Positions 1-12,400 of a stretch of DNA of 64,000 bases are shown in pieces (within the stretch, counting starts at the first letter, position 1; each line of letters opens with the position of its first letter). The stretch spans positions 15,412,178-15,476,177 of the forward strand of contig NC_069004.1 of the NCBI RefSeq assembly GCF_001194135.2, written 5' to 3'. The position numbers and the translations under genes were made by a program. Below the pieces are notes generated by a model. It saw only the letters and a program-made list of their open reading frames with translations, did no database searches and was not told the DNA's origin. This DNA comes from Octopus bimaculoides (Eukaryota).

Positions 1-469
1 ATAGTTTGAGATGGGGGTAGAGGTGAATGTAGTGAATAGTGAACAAGGATTGGCCTGTGGTCAAAGTGAGTGGCAAACAAGGTGGAGGACAATCAATGGC
101 AGATATAAGAATGAGGTATGGCAGGGGAAATGATAAATAACAAGTGGAACAGAAAGAGTGTTCAGTGGAAAATTAAGTGGAAACAGATGATAATGTGACT
201 GAGGGATGGATGTCAAATGGAAGTGGTTCCAAGCAGAGGGATGACTGGTAACACAAAAACAGGATGAGATATGCAATTCTGCATATTGTGCCACAGTTAA
301 ATGGGGATGGGTGACAGGAAGATGAGAGAGTGGAAAAGGTTTGACAAAAATAGATTGGGTCTGAGGGCAGGCCCCAGTTATGTTTATTGATATAAATGCT
401 TTCAGGACCTATTTTGCCATGATGCACAGATTTTCTTGAGCACAGCATATCATCAATTATCATGGTCCT

Positions 470-2215
470 TTGTCATATCTTTGATGGCATTCAACATCTT
501 AAGATCGGTCTTCACCACTGTGTCCCATGCTTTTCTGGGTCTCCCTCTTCTATAGGTTCCATCCACATGTAGTAATTGTCAAGTGTTTATGCAGCTATCC
601 TCATCCATACACATCACATGACCATACCAGCATAATTTTCATTCTTGCACAACACATCTAATGCCTTTGACATCTAATTTTTCTCTCAATACAGTTGCAC
701 TTGGTTATATAATCACACTGACATTGCACATCCATCAGAGCATATTACTTCATTTCTTTATAGTCTTCGCCTGTCTTCTGCATTAAGGGCCCATGTCCAA
801 ACAACCATGTAGTATTACTGTTTGTACAGAAGCATCATACAATCTGCATTTCACTCTGACAGAGAGGAATTTTGTTACCAGCAGAGGTAATAGCTCTGTG
901 AACTGTCTCCAGGCAGTTCTTGTTGAAGCAATTATATTTTCAGAACATCCCCACTCACTAACAATAAGGCCACCAACAGAAACTATCTACTACCTCTAAG
1001 AATCCTTCTGGGCATTCGAGAAAATCTATTTCTGATGTAACCTTCCTGATTATTGCTCTTGCACATCTACCTCATACATCATCTACTTTCTCTGTTAACC
1101 TTCCTGATTCCACAGCACCTCTTGCATATCCTTAGTTTGCATTTGGTACATCATATGGAATTTTAACTTACATATTTTCTACATATCAAGCAGGACCATT
1201 TTCTTGAAAGGCGTAGAGAACTGTCCATTTTTCTGCTTAATTTAGTTGTTGCTCAGTTATCTTTAAGGCCCTTTCATTCCAAGTTTTGCTTCTATATCTG
1301 TAATTTCTACAGATACAGCTTTAAGAATGAAGTCATCAGCATGCAGCAATGACTCGTCTGAAATTCCCGCTATGGCCTGAAAGACAATGATGAATACGAG
1401 GAGACTGAGAACTGAGCCCTACACTTTGCTAACTCACCTTACTGACAGCACCCCTGTACATGGCTTGTACATGGCTATCATAAACCATTTGCCTACTTCT
1501 AGCTTCCTGATTAACTGCCAGATTACAGAGCAAGGGACCCTGACAAAGGCTTTCTTCAGGTCAACGAATGCCAAGTGCTGTGGTTTACTTTGAGCCAAAT
1601 ACTTCTCTATTAGGAAAAGAGCATTAGTAGTGCTTCTTCTTGGCATAAAATCAAATTGCATCTCATTTAGGCTAACTCTCTTCCCAGATAACCATGCTAT
1701 AAGTCTTTCTGTAACTTTCATGACCCAGTCCAACAATTTGATGCCACTGTAGTTTCTTTTCGCTAAGGCATCTCCTTTATCTTTGCAACAGCTGACCCGC
1801 ATGCTGCTACACCAGTCGTTGGCTATGATACCTACCTGTACAACCTAAATGACTATGCAGGTGACAAGGCAGTATCCAACTCTGTCAGATATTCTAAGCA
1901 TTCTCAATGGTAATTCCTGATGGACCAGGGGCTTTCCCTACTTTCATACTGTTTTTAACTTGGATAGCTGGTGCTTTTGTTGAAACTGTGTTGGGAAAAC
2001 ATACTTTCACCCATGCACTCTCCAGATCTGATAGCCTTTCATAGTAGCAATGCCATACCCACTTCTTTCCAGAATAACAAAGTGCAAGTTTACCATTATC
2101 CATCCATACACACTTCTTACCCACATCTTGATTCTCTGATACACTTTCTTACAATCAGGCAAAAACATTTTTATGTATATTGGTTGAGGGAATAGGAACA
2201 ACTATGCTGATGCAT
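470..2215 (-). mobile_element. Degenerate RTE-clade LINE (RT region)
   Basis: Broken frames encoding KVGKAPGPSGIT, NYSGIKLL, QFDFMPRRSTTNALF, AFVDLKKAFVRVP; many stops. Confidence 0.88.
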
Positions 2216-2779
2216 TCTGTATCTGTGGGTCAGGTGTCGTTATTAAGAATGCCACCAAAGGAGGAGATATTATAAAAAAGTGAAATCTTAGAAAAAATTA
2301 TTTTTCACAGCTTGCCTGTTGTTTCTTGCAAGTCCATTGACTACATTGAGACCTTCCTCATTTAGCCTGCTGATTCAGCCAGCAACCACACATGTGGACA
2401 TGAGCAACTGAATTAAGATACATCCTGAGTGATGGTATGGGGTTGAGGTGGATATTCCATGAGCTGGGAGGATTTTTTTTTAAATTTGAAATTAGGAAAC
2501 ATTTTTTTCTGAATCATAATCTCCATGTTTTACCACATGGAATTCTCAAGAAATTTTCCTCTCATCCAGGTCTGTTATTTCACCCTTTAGTATCATGAGC
2601 CAAATGCCCTAACCACTAAGCCACAATGAGTGGTGGCTAACATAGCAATAGTGATAAATGTAATAATAATTATGAATATAATTGTGTGAGAGGAGACTGA
2701 CACATGGTTAGAGGTGGAGGTAGAGGTGGATGTAGAGATTAGTGGACAAGGATGGACCTGTGGTCAATGGTCAATATGA

Positions 2780-3232
2780 CCACATTAATTCGACCACATC
2801 TGGCCCAAATATTCTACCTGTTATGATCAAACTGGCCAGAACCAGCCTCTCACACCTACCCCACAATATCATTCGAAAAATAAACAATCACATCGTCAAA
2901 ATGTCAAAACTACAAGATAATGCATAATTAATTTAAAACAATGTGATTAACTTTCTGGCATTCAGATTACTATGTCAAATGCAATGCTTATTTCTTCACA
3001 CTGCTTTGAATTAACCATGTTTTATCTCATAACTTTGAGATTTCGATGATGTGATTGTTTTATGTTAAAACTAACCAGATCCAACCTCTCACACCTACCC
3101 TACAATGTCATTCTAAAGATATACAAATACCCCATTGAAATTTTGAAGCTACAAGATAATGTGTGATTAATTCAAAACAATGTGAATAAATTAGCATAAT
3201 ATATGACAATGAAATCTGAATGCTAAAGGGTC
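2780..3232. mobile_element. piggyBac-like MITE family, partial copies
   Basis: Same family as 50824-51026; ends AATGCTAAAGGG. Confidence 0.55.
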
Positions 3233-3413
3233 AAGTGCCACAAAAACAAAAATAATACAAAAATAAAGAAACTATACTGCTCAGAAGTTACATCAATGTG
3301 TTTCTCTCCCAATTTTTAAACAGACATATTTTGTTGTAACTGATTTTTTTTTTCACCCAAACAATTTTCTTTTATAATCTTCCAGAATGTAGCAGAGTAC
3401 AGGTCCTTTACAA

Positions 3414-3684
3414 CAGGGGTTTTCAAACTGTGGTCCGCAAGGACAAGACAGGGGGTCCGTGGACAGCAAATACTTTTTATGGGCAATTTGATTTTATATA
3501 TGTTTTTTAATCAAAATCTTTTAATTGACAATAAACCTATTTGTTAAATACTGTTAAATAAATAAATGTAAAAATATATGTTATTTTAAGCAAATATTTA
3601 TGTATAAATTTCATAAGCATTTATCCCTAAGGTAAAGCCTGAAATATAAAGGGGTCCACAAGTCAAAAAGTTTGAAAACCCCTG
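3414..3684. mobile_element. Intact hAT-type MITE
   Basis: Perfect 16-bp TIRs CAGGGGTTTTCAAACT/AGTTTGAAAACCCCTG; perfect 8-bp TSD CTTTACAA (3406-3413, 3685-3692). Confidence 0.93.
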
Positions 3685-3772
3685 CTTTACAATATAGAGA
3701 AGTGGACGGTGACCTTGAGAATATTTTCACCCATGGTTGTGAGTGAATGATATGTGTGTGTGCATCTTTTAT

Positions 3773-4058
3773 CTTGCAGCATCGGATTATTATCATTTAT
3801 TTTGAAGTTTGCAAAATTCTTTGAATGGTAAAACTTTCAATAATGATGATGACCTGAAATCGCATTTGCTTCAGTTTTTGGCCTGATAAGGACCAGAAGT
3901 TCTATCAGCGTGGAATCATGAAGTTGCCAAAATGATGGCAAAAGGTCATCAAACGAAATGGGAAATATATAATTGATTAAAGTTCATTCTTCGTATGGAA
4001 AAAAAATGGCATTTATTGCACACTAAAAAACTGAAATTACTTTCTTGCCAACTCAATA
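3773..4058 (+). mobile_element. Mariner transposase 3' fragment with right TIR
   Basis: LAASDY-HLF*SLQNSLNGKTFNNDDDLK (SPDLAPSDY motif region) and terminal ...AATTACTTTCTTGCCAACTCAATA. Confidence 0.85.
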
Positions 4059-4088
4059 CGTATGTATGTGTATGTATATGTATATGTG

Positions 4089-4129
<41 letters not shown>

Positions 4130-4273
4130 GTATATATATATATACATATATATATGTATATGTATATATATATATATGTATATGTATATATATATATACA
4201 TATNNNNNNNNNNNNNNNNNNNNNNNNNNNNNNNNNNNNNNNNNNNNNNNNNNNNNNNNNNNNNNNNNNNNNN

Positions 4274-4320
<47 letters not shown>
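4059..4320. repeat. (TA)n/(TATG)n microsatellite spanning an N gap
   Basis: Direct inspection. Confidence 0.95.
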
Positions 4321-4325
<5 letters not shown>

Positions 4326-4550
4326 GGAGACAATCGCCAAGGACTAGCAGCTGGTCATTGTGAAGAGAACAGACCAGATGGAAAATAACAGATGTCAAAG
4401 ACACAAAGCGTGACTCACACTTCCTCGTCCTCTGCCAACCCCCTACCGTGATAAATATCCCCAGTTCTTCCATACAGCCCTTGTCCTGAACAGTCACCTC
4501 AGGCACCAGCACCCTTTAGGATGAAGAGGCTCAAATTAACTACTTGGATA
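4321..4550 (+). mobile_element. RTE-like LINE 3' end fragment
   Basis: NWETIAKD...ALNSHLRHQH-like degenerate C-terminus. Confidence 0.5.
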
Positions 4551-5404
4551 TGAGTTAATGGTGATGACTCACTTCCCCCCCTCCGCACGCATTAATCACA
4601 CTTCCTTCACAATATCCTGCCACTTATATTATAGCATTCAAACCTCAAGGGTATGCCCTGGCACTTGCCACCATCTATAACTCTCTCTTTCTTTACTCAA
4701 CCATCCCATTTATATTCTGATCCCCGTCACTTGTGAGTATGCCTGGCATTTCGCCACCATCTCTATCCTGCTGTCTCCCACTCTCTCTCTCCTTCTCCTG
4801 CACTTCTCTGGGGTTGGGTAACCATGTATTTCCTTTGCAGTACCTGTTTATATCTTCATTCCTGATCTCTCTCTCTCTCTCCGGCCAAATAATCTTGTAC
4901 TTCTGCTACAGCAAGACACCTGTTCCTGCCTCACAATAACCTTTCATCATCTGACACAAGATTGCCTCCTGCAATACACCCTCCCCTCTTGAAACTATTT
5001 TTTTTTTGTCTTGTAAGTATTTGGTGGCCCTGTCAGTGCAAGTGCCACTTAAAAGTACTCAGTTCACACTGTAAAGTGGTTGGTGTTCAGAAGGATATTC
5101 AGCTGTAAAAACCTTGCCAAAACTGACCACACCTGTGCTTGCACCACATAAAAAGTACGAAGTCCACTCTACTGAGTAGTTGGTGTTAGGAAGGGCATTC
5201 AGCTGTAAAAATCCTGCCAAAACAGTCACAGAAATCTGATGCAGGCTTCTGCTTGGCCACTCTTGTGAAATGGTCCCACCCATGATGCTAGCATCGAAGG
5301 CAGATGTTAAACAATGATGATGATATAAATATATATATATATATATATAGATATATATATATATACATAAATTTTAAAATGCAGCACACACATGTGTGTG
5401 TGTG

Positions 5405-5625
5405 TGTGTGTGCAAGAGAGAAGACTGCTGGTTTGGTCATGTGATGAATATCAATGAGGACAGCTGCATAAAGAAGTGTCAAGCTCTGATTGTGGAGGGT
5501 ACTTGAGGAAGGGATAGACCCGAGAAGATGTGGGACAAAGTGGGGAGAAAGGATCTTCGGATGCTGGGCTTCATTCAGGAAATGACAAGGGACTGGGAGA
5601 TGTGGTGATTTTCTGTACTTGATAA
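5405..5625 (+). mobile_element. RTE LINE 3' fragment
   Basis: Degenerate WFGHV...EGT*GRDRPEKMWD motif; same family as 8960-9510. Confidence 0.75.
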
Positions 5626-8600
5626 GACATGTCAAACTAAGTAAAATCCCTGTTTTCACACATACAGGCTTGTTCTTTCAGGTACTGGTACCACTTAAAA
5701 AGCACCTGTGCCAGTGCTATATAAATGCACCCATGCCAGTGGCACATAAAAAGCACCCAGCACACTCTGTTAAGTGGTTAACATTAGGAAAGGCCAGAGC
5801 TGACAAGGTCAAAGAAAAACAGTCTGAAGACAAACACAACAGCTGTGGATTTGTGTTTCTGCTTGAACAGACATCATCAGAACAGAAACTGCCCTCCCTA
5901 ATGTATGAGAGAGATTGGAAACTAGTCTGTACTCTAGTTTAAATTTTGCTATTCAAGAAGTTTGTACTCTTGAGATCTTTTAGAAAATAACTTAGAGTGA
6001 GCAGTGGCATGTATTTGTGCAACACAGATAAATAAGGTTATGTTAATTAACATACAAAAGAAATTCTTGATTAACTAAAATTATCTTTGCCTCTAGAGAG
6101 GGTAAACCAATCACCTACTAGCAGTTAGTATTAATTTCAAATGAAGGGAAATAATTTGAAGAATCAAAACTTCTCTAAAAGTGACATGCGATTAAACCCA
6201 GTTGAGAACTTCAAGCTTGATGTTCTGCCAAATTACTGATATAGCAGGAATGGGGAAACCCGCAAGGTAGCTTCAAGTGAAACTAAAAATACACCAGCCA
6301 ATCAGAATAAATATTTGTCATCACTGTGGTATTAATTTGTTTACTGTCTGCTCAGAGATAAGGCGTTCTTAGAGTCCACTGCAGCCAAACATGTCTGGAG
6401 AAGAATGGCAAGGATGTAGGATATTCACAACTCTAGGTGTATTGCAGAAATTAGAATGTTCTGGTGAGGATGACTGAAATTTCAATGAAATGTATCCTGC
6501 AGACGATTTAGGAATGGTTGATGAAGGTGAGAAATTTTGAAGCTGAAGATGAAATCGGAAGTGATGCCCACAGTTTACAAACTGAAAGTGAAAACAATTT
6601 ACTGCAGAGAGAAAAAAGACAAAGAGTGACACACTAAAGTGCAATACTGGAATCACACTGAAAACGCCGCCAATTTTAAGTAAGAAACTTAGTTTTATAT
6701 TTTTTAACAAGTTGTTTTCATTATATTTCTTTCTGTTTGCAGAATATGTATTTTAAAAAGAATTGGCTGTAGAACTTAAGTCCAAGTATGAGTAATATCT
6801 CCTTGGCCAGAGCTAACAGGGTCAAAGAAAAACAGTCTGAAGACAACATGACAGCTGTGGACTTCTGTTTCTGCTTAACAACAGAAATTGCCCTACCTAA
6901 TCTTCAGTTATTGGGACAGAAATATATATACAAAAAAAGAATATGTCTGTATGCATGTATGTATATACATACATATGTATGCATAAATGTGAATGAATGG
7001 ATGAATATGCATCCATGAGTGTATGTGTGAGAGAGATTGAAAACTAGTATGTACTCTAGTTTAAATTTTGTTATTCAAGAAGTTTGTACTTTTGAGGTCT
7101 GTTAACGTTCCTACAACTGGATAAAATGAATTGCAATGGCATGCATCTTCTCAATATAAGGTTCAAATTAGATGGAGGCTGAATCCAGTTTTATTTCAGT
7201 AATCAAGAAGATGCTTTTTCTTGTTGCTTATGTAAGAAGTTAGTTTTGTATCAATATATTTGCATTCTGTTGTTCTATTCCACAAATATAAAATGTTTCC
7301 ATTCTATATGTTTCAAACAAAAAGGGAATCATTAGATATTTCTTTTTTCACTTTAACATCAACTCAGAATATAAGCTCACTAGGACACTTAGTCCCTGAT
7401 TGATCAGAGCTATTATCAAAGACATTCCAGCCACGATCATCCTGTCTTTTATTCAGACAATGTTATCTAGGACTACATTATCCAATGTGTGCTAACCATT
7501 TTCTTCAAGATTTGAGTGTGTGACTTTAGGGAATTTTACTGTTATTTCTAGGAAATTGAAAAACCACATACAGCCCCACCTTACCCCAAGCAGTTTTTAA
7601 TAGTAATGGGAGAGTGATGATGCTAAAGCTGCTGGGGGGAAGCCACAGTCAGGGTTGTCAAATTAATGATTTAATGTTGAAATCACAGTCACATAAAGGA
7701 TGATATTAGAAAGAAGTTTCATGCAGTCCCAAGCAGGAAAACCATATTTATGAATAAAGAATGGACAATAGATGTGATGTGAGAAACTTTCCATACCTTC
7801 TATGTTTGTTGCCAAGATGTCTTCAGTGTGAGATAAAACAGAATTACCAAAGCATGAAGAGGTCATTTCTCAGAACTGGTGAGTCAGTAACTAGAAAGAG
7901 AGATCAAAGGGAAATAATGAAATAGAAAACTAGCTGAATCAATATTTTATCGCTTTAAAGGCAGTGAGCTGACAGAATTGTTGTCATGCCAGGTAAAATG
8001 TTTAGTGGCATTTCACCTGTCTTCACATCTTGAGTTCAAATTCCACCAAGGCCAGCTTGACCTTTCATCCTCTTGGGGTCAATAAAATAATGTACCAGTT
8101 GAACACTGGAGTCGATGTAAGCGACTCCTCGCCTAAAAATTGCTGGCCCTGTGCCAAAATCTGAAACCCATATTTTATCACTCTTAAAGTCATCAAGCTG
8201 GCAGAATTGTTAGCATGCCAGGCAAAATGCTAAGCAGCATCTTGTTCATCTTCACATTCTGAGTTCAAATTCCACCAAGGTCAACTTAGCCTTTCATTCT
8301 TTCAGGGTCAATAAAATAACTACCAGTTGAACACTGGGGCCAATGTGACTTACCCTCCTCTAAAACTGCCTTGTGCCTAAATTTGAAACCATTTTATCAT
8401 TTTTATAGTGTGATGAGGAGGCAGAGTTAGTGGGATGTTAGGCTTATATCATTTACCCTTTTTTTTATTATTATTTGTATTTATTAATTAGGAGGAAGGA
8501 CAGTGCTCCTGAGATTAGTGAGAGGAAATTATCCAAAGACTAGACACTTGGCTTAAATGCCAAAAAATGAACTCCACAAAAGACGTCCAAGAATCAAGTA

Positions 8601-8959
8601 TTGTTCATGATACAAGGGAAATAACTCATACACAACGAAACTACAACTACGATGTCCCGTTGATTTCAGACTTCCCACCATCCGCCTCCTCTTCCTCCTC
8701 TCCATCATCATGAGAAGCAGCAACAGCATTATTCTCATTGTCATCATCGCTGTCGTTATCAACGTCACAGCTAACATGTAATGCAGTGGACTTTCGATTA
8801 GCTACTTCAAATCTGGAAGACGTCAACGTTAACATATTAAGCTTATGCATCTTGGAAAGTGAAAATTTTTTTTTTCACCTTCTCTACAATACTGTCGTCC
8901 TATCATCATTATCAACACACTCACATATAAATATATACATACACACGATATAAATGGCT

Positions 8960-9510
8960 TCCGTAACCTAGGTGACCAAGTCAGTAGTGGGGAGTGGATG
9001 CTCTGAGAGCATAGCTACTACAACAAGAATAGCCTGGGCAAAGTTCAGAGAGCTCCTATCTCTGCTGGTAACAAAGGCCTCTAGCTCAGAGTGAAAGGTA
9101 GACTGTATGATGCATGCGTGCGAACAGCCATGAAACATGGGGTGTGACTGCTGGGGACATGTGTAGGCTTGAAAGAAATGAAGCCAGTATGCTCCACTGG
9201 ATGTGTAATGTCAATGTGCATACAGGACAGAGTGTAAGTGCCCTGAGAGAAAAGTTGGACATAAGCATCAGATGTGGTGTGCAAGAGAGACGACCGCGCT
9301 GGTATGGTCATGTGTTGCATATGGATGAGGACAGCTGTGTGAAAAAGTGTCATGCCCTAACAGTAGAGGGAACCTGTGGAAGAGGTAGACCCAGGAAGAT
9401 GTGGGATGAGGTGGTGAAGCATGACCTTTGGGCCACACAGAGGCAATGACAAGCGACCAAGACCTTTGGAGATATGCTATGCTTGAGAAGACCCAACAAG
9501 CCAAGTGAGA
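8960..9510 (+). mobile_element. RTE LINE 3' fragment
   Basis: ETWGVTAGDMCRLERNEASMLHWMCNV...RWYGHV...GRGRPRKMWDEVV. Confidence 0.9.
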
Positions 9511-10019
9511 CCGTAACTGTGACCTATGCCAGTGTCACACAACCAGTCCATTAAAGATTGGTCGTTATTTAGTATATAATTTAGTTATTGTAGGTTTACT
9601 ATTAATACCAATACATATATACATAGAGTTATGTGTTTCTTTGTTGTTTAATTTTAAAGTTAGTGCTAAATTCTACCTATATTTAGATTGAATGAATGTG
9701 GTTATTAAGCTTTCACTTTTATTATACTATGGAAGACGGTAGGGAATAAAATGTATGACTTATTAATTTACTTATTTACCGATACTGTTGTACATAGGGT
9801 AAATGTGTTTGAAAGTTGTGGCTTCTTTGGTATGTTTGTTCCCAAACAACACTTATTTTAATGATGTTGACACCGCCGGATTGAATGGCACTGCCCAGGT
9901 GTCGAAACCATAATGATATCCGTGGGACAGCTGATGATGGAGGTATGTTGGATTGTTGGTATAGCTGTTTTTGTATCTGTGGAATAGTATTATAACACAT
10001 CTTTTGATATGTGTATGTA

Positions 10020-10056
<37 letters not shown>

Positions 10057-10739
10057 TGTACACAGTACACTCTGTAAATTGGTTGGTGTCAGGTTTGGCA
10101 TCAACTACAGTAAGCAAGCCAAAAATGGAACAAAGCATAAAACGTGATCCTTTGACCTGTTTGGGGAACAGTAACTCCAAACAAGAACGACTTGGACTGC
10201 ATCAATAATTTGTGTAACACACGTTAGCATGGAAATCAGGACTAACATGATGATGATTGTAACCAGAAAACCATTATCCATTGTTACATTTTTTTAAGAT
10301 GATATGGTGTGATCTGAGGGAGATTTAGCAGCAATTTCTAAAGTTTCATCATTAGGTCATGGTCCAAATTTCTGCAAGGAATGATGAAAAATAATTTTCA
10401 AATTTTGGCACAGGGCCAGCAATTTTGGGAAAGGAGTAAGTCAATTACATTGACCCCAGTGCTCAAATGGTACTTATTTTATCAACCCCAAAAGAATTGA
10501 AAGGCAAAGTCAACCTCAGTGGAATGTGAACATAAAGACAGACAAAATGCAGCTAAGCAGTTTGCTTAGTGCAGTAACAATCCTGCCAACTCACCACTTT
10601 GGAATGATGAAATATTATCACCAGAGGAATAATATTACAGTGGGAAGGTCTAATATAGAGTAAAGTCATTGTAGGAGAATTTAACCTCCTAAAATACTTT
10701 CACTTGAAATACCACAGTAACCAATGACTTTCAGGTTAT

Positions 10740-11210
10740 TTTGTGTAACTCTTGTAGTTACAAGCATTGTAGGTCAGAAAATTAGAAATCTTAGTTTTTC
10801 CATCCACTGCTTTCATGGATTCCCATGACTCCCTGTTGCCATCCAATTCCATTATTATGAATTTGAATTGCGAACTTGAGTCATAGTGAATCTTTCATTA
10901 GCTGATTACACAACCATGGACATCACACATATGGATGTGTTGCAGTTACTCTCTTGACAGAATTTCGTGATCCTGACTGTTGATCTTCAAGGATTTCTCT
11001 GCTCAGCATCAATGTAAGAATCACATTTGACTCGGTTGAGCTCTTCTGCTGCTTCTTCACAACCCACCATGCTGCAGTCCCTTGGCTTCGCCTTATCCCT
11101 GGCAGGGTGGTTGAATGGGTGCTATACCTTGCCAAAGGGCAACCAGTAACTATCCAGAGCACAGTCGTCATTTTGTGAGGTATTTTCAAAATACCCACAT
11201 ACCCCATTCT
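10740..11210 (-). mobile_element. LINE remnant (LOA/I-like, post-RT region)
   Basis: Related copies at 29090-29440 and 33495-33900; degenerate peptide resembles the WG...LWIYT...WW...QR region. Confidence 0.5.
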
Positions 11211-11354
11211 TCTGTAGACCTCCTAAAAGAATAAGGAAGAGAAATCCATTACGAACACCAGTGTGGTCCTTCATAAACAAATATAGAAAGTGTATATAAT
11301 GTAATACTCTTTGCTTCAGAGTCCAGCCACCAGGAAGCTAGATGATAAGCAATG

Positions 11355-11739
11355 TTGTTGTTGTTGGCACTCCGTCGCTTACGACGTCGAGGGTTCCAGT
11401 TGATCCGATCAACGGAACAGCCTGCTCATGAAATTAACGTGCAAGTGGCTGAGCACTCCACAGACACGTGTACCCTTAATGTAGTTCTTGGAGATATTCA
11501 GCGTGACACAGTGACAAGGCTGACCCTTTGAATTACAGGCACAACAGAAACAGGAAGAAAGAGTGAGAGAAAGTTGTGGTGGAAGAGTACAGCAGGGTTC
11601 GCCACCATCCGCTGCCGGAGCCTCGTGGAGCTTTAGGTGTTTTCACTCAATAAACACTCTCAACCGCCCGGTCTGGGAATCGAAACCGCGATTTTATGAC
11701 CGCGAGTCCGCTGCCCTAACCACTGGGCCATTGCGCCCC
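11355..11739 (-). mobile_element. tRNA-derived SINE with (CAA)n tail
   Basis: Minus-strand head GGGCGCAATGGCCCAGTGGTTAG...GGTTTCGATTCC (A/B boxes); closely similar copy at 31139-31528. Confidence 0.9.
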
Positions 11740-11979
11740 ATTTAGAAAGAGGAGAAGCAGAAAAGAAGACGTTATCCAATGTTTCATGGTGTGAGGACCA
11801 GAAACATGAGGTGTTCCAGATTGTTCTGCAATCTGGAAATACGCTTTGCCAAATACTAACTTGGCTCTTTTTTAATACGTGCACACACATATGAATATGC
11901 AAACATATATGCACAGACATTTATACATATATTGCATACTGGCATAGTACACAGTACTTGAAAGTCGCTGTCCCTTTTT

Positions 11980-12400
11980 CAACAGCCAGCTGGCGTGCTG
12001 GGTTTGAGAGGAATCAGATGAAATCCTTGGCTATTTGCTTAAGTAATTCCCCGAAAGTCGTTAAGTTTGTTGATTCTTAAAAGAGTTACCTCCCCTTGTC
12101 CACTGCCAATGACACAAAGCAAGCCTTGAACTCCGAACGCAGAACCAAAATGGATTTTGTTAAGCATTCAAACATTGCACCATTTCACTACTCTGGATTG
12201 GTACTTTATTATCAATCCTGACTCATGGGGCTTGCACTTGCGGACAGCTATCTCTGCCCCAACAGTGGTGAGCAGAGATATGGTCCAGGGGCCAAGAACA
12301 CCAGAGGTTTCCATGGCTACAGGCTCAACCATAAACCTGTCAGAGAGCAACTGATACCATGGCAGTTTTCATAGGCTTAAGGAGTTTCCTTTTTTTTTTT
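11980..12400 (-). mobile_element. CRE-like (REL-endonuclease) non-LTR retrotransposon C-terminal remnant
   Basis: WYQLLSDRFMVEPVAMETSGVLGPWTISLLTTVGAEIA resembles the KY..L...F.PVA.ET.G..GP.A..LL..IG tail of CRE-type ORFs. Confidence 0.55.

Noticed and set aside
3949-4512. Long ORFs rich in Y/I/C
   Set aside because: Translations of the (TA)n microsatellite and N gap.
11660-11739. tRNA-like sequence (also ~31450-31525, 46520-46590, 55110-55188)
   Set aside because: SINE heads continuous with the SINE body and tail; not tRNA genes.
11740-11787. Minus-strand signal-peptide-like MKHWITSSFLLLLFLN
   Set aside because: Only 16 codons, runs into a SINE, and has no convincing donor linking it to other exons.
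12150-12374. Plus-strand frame with a single in-frame TGA (possible selenoprotein)
   Set aside because: No family similarity or SECIS seen; better explained as the antisense of a CRE-like remnant.
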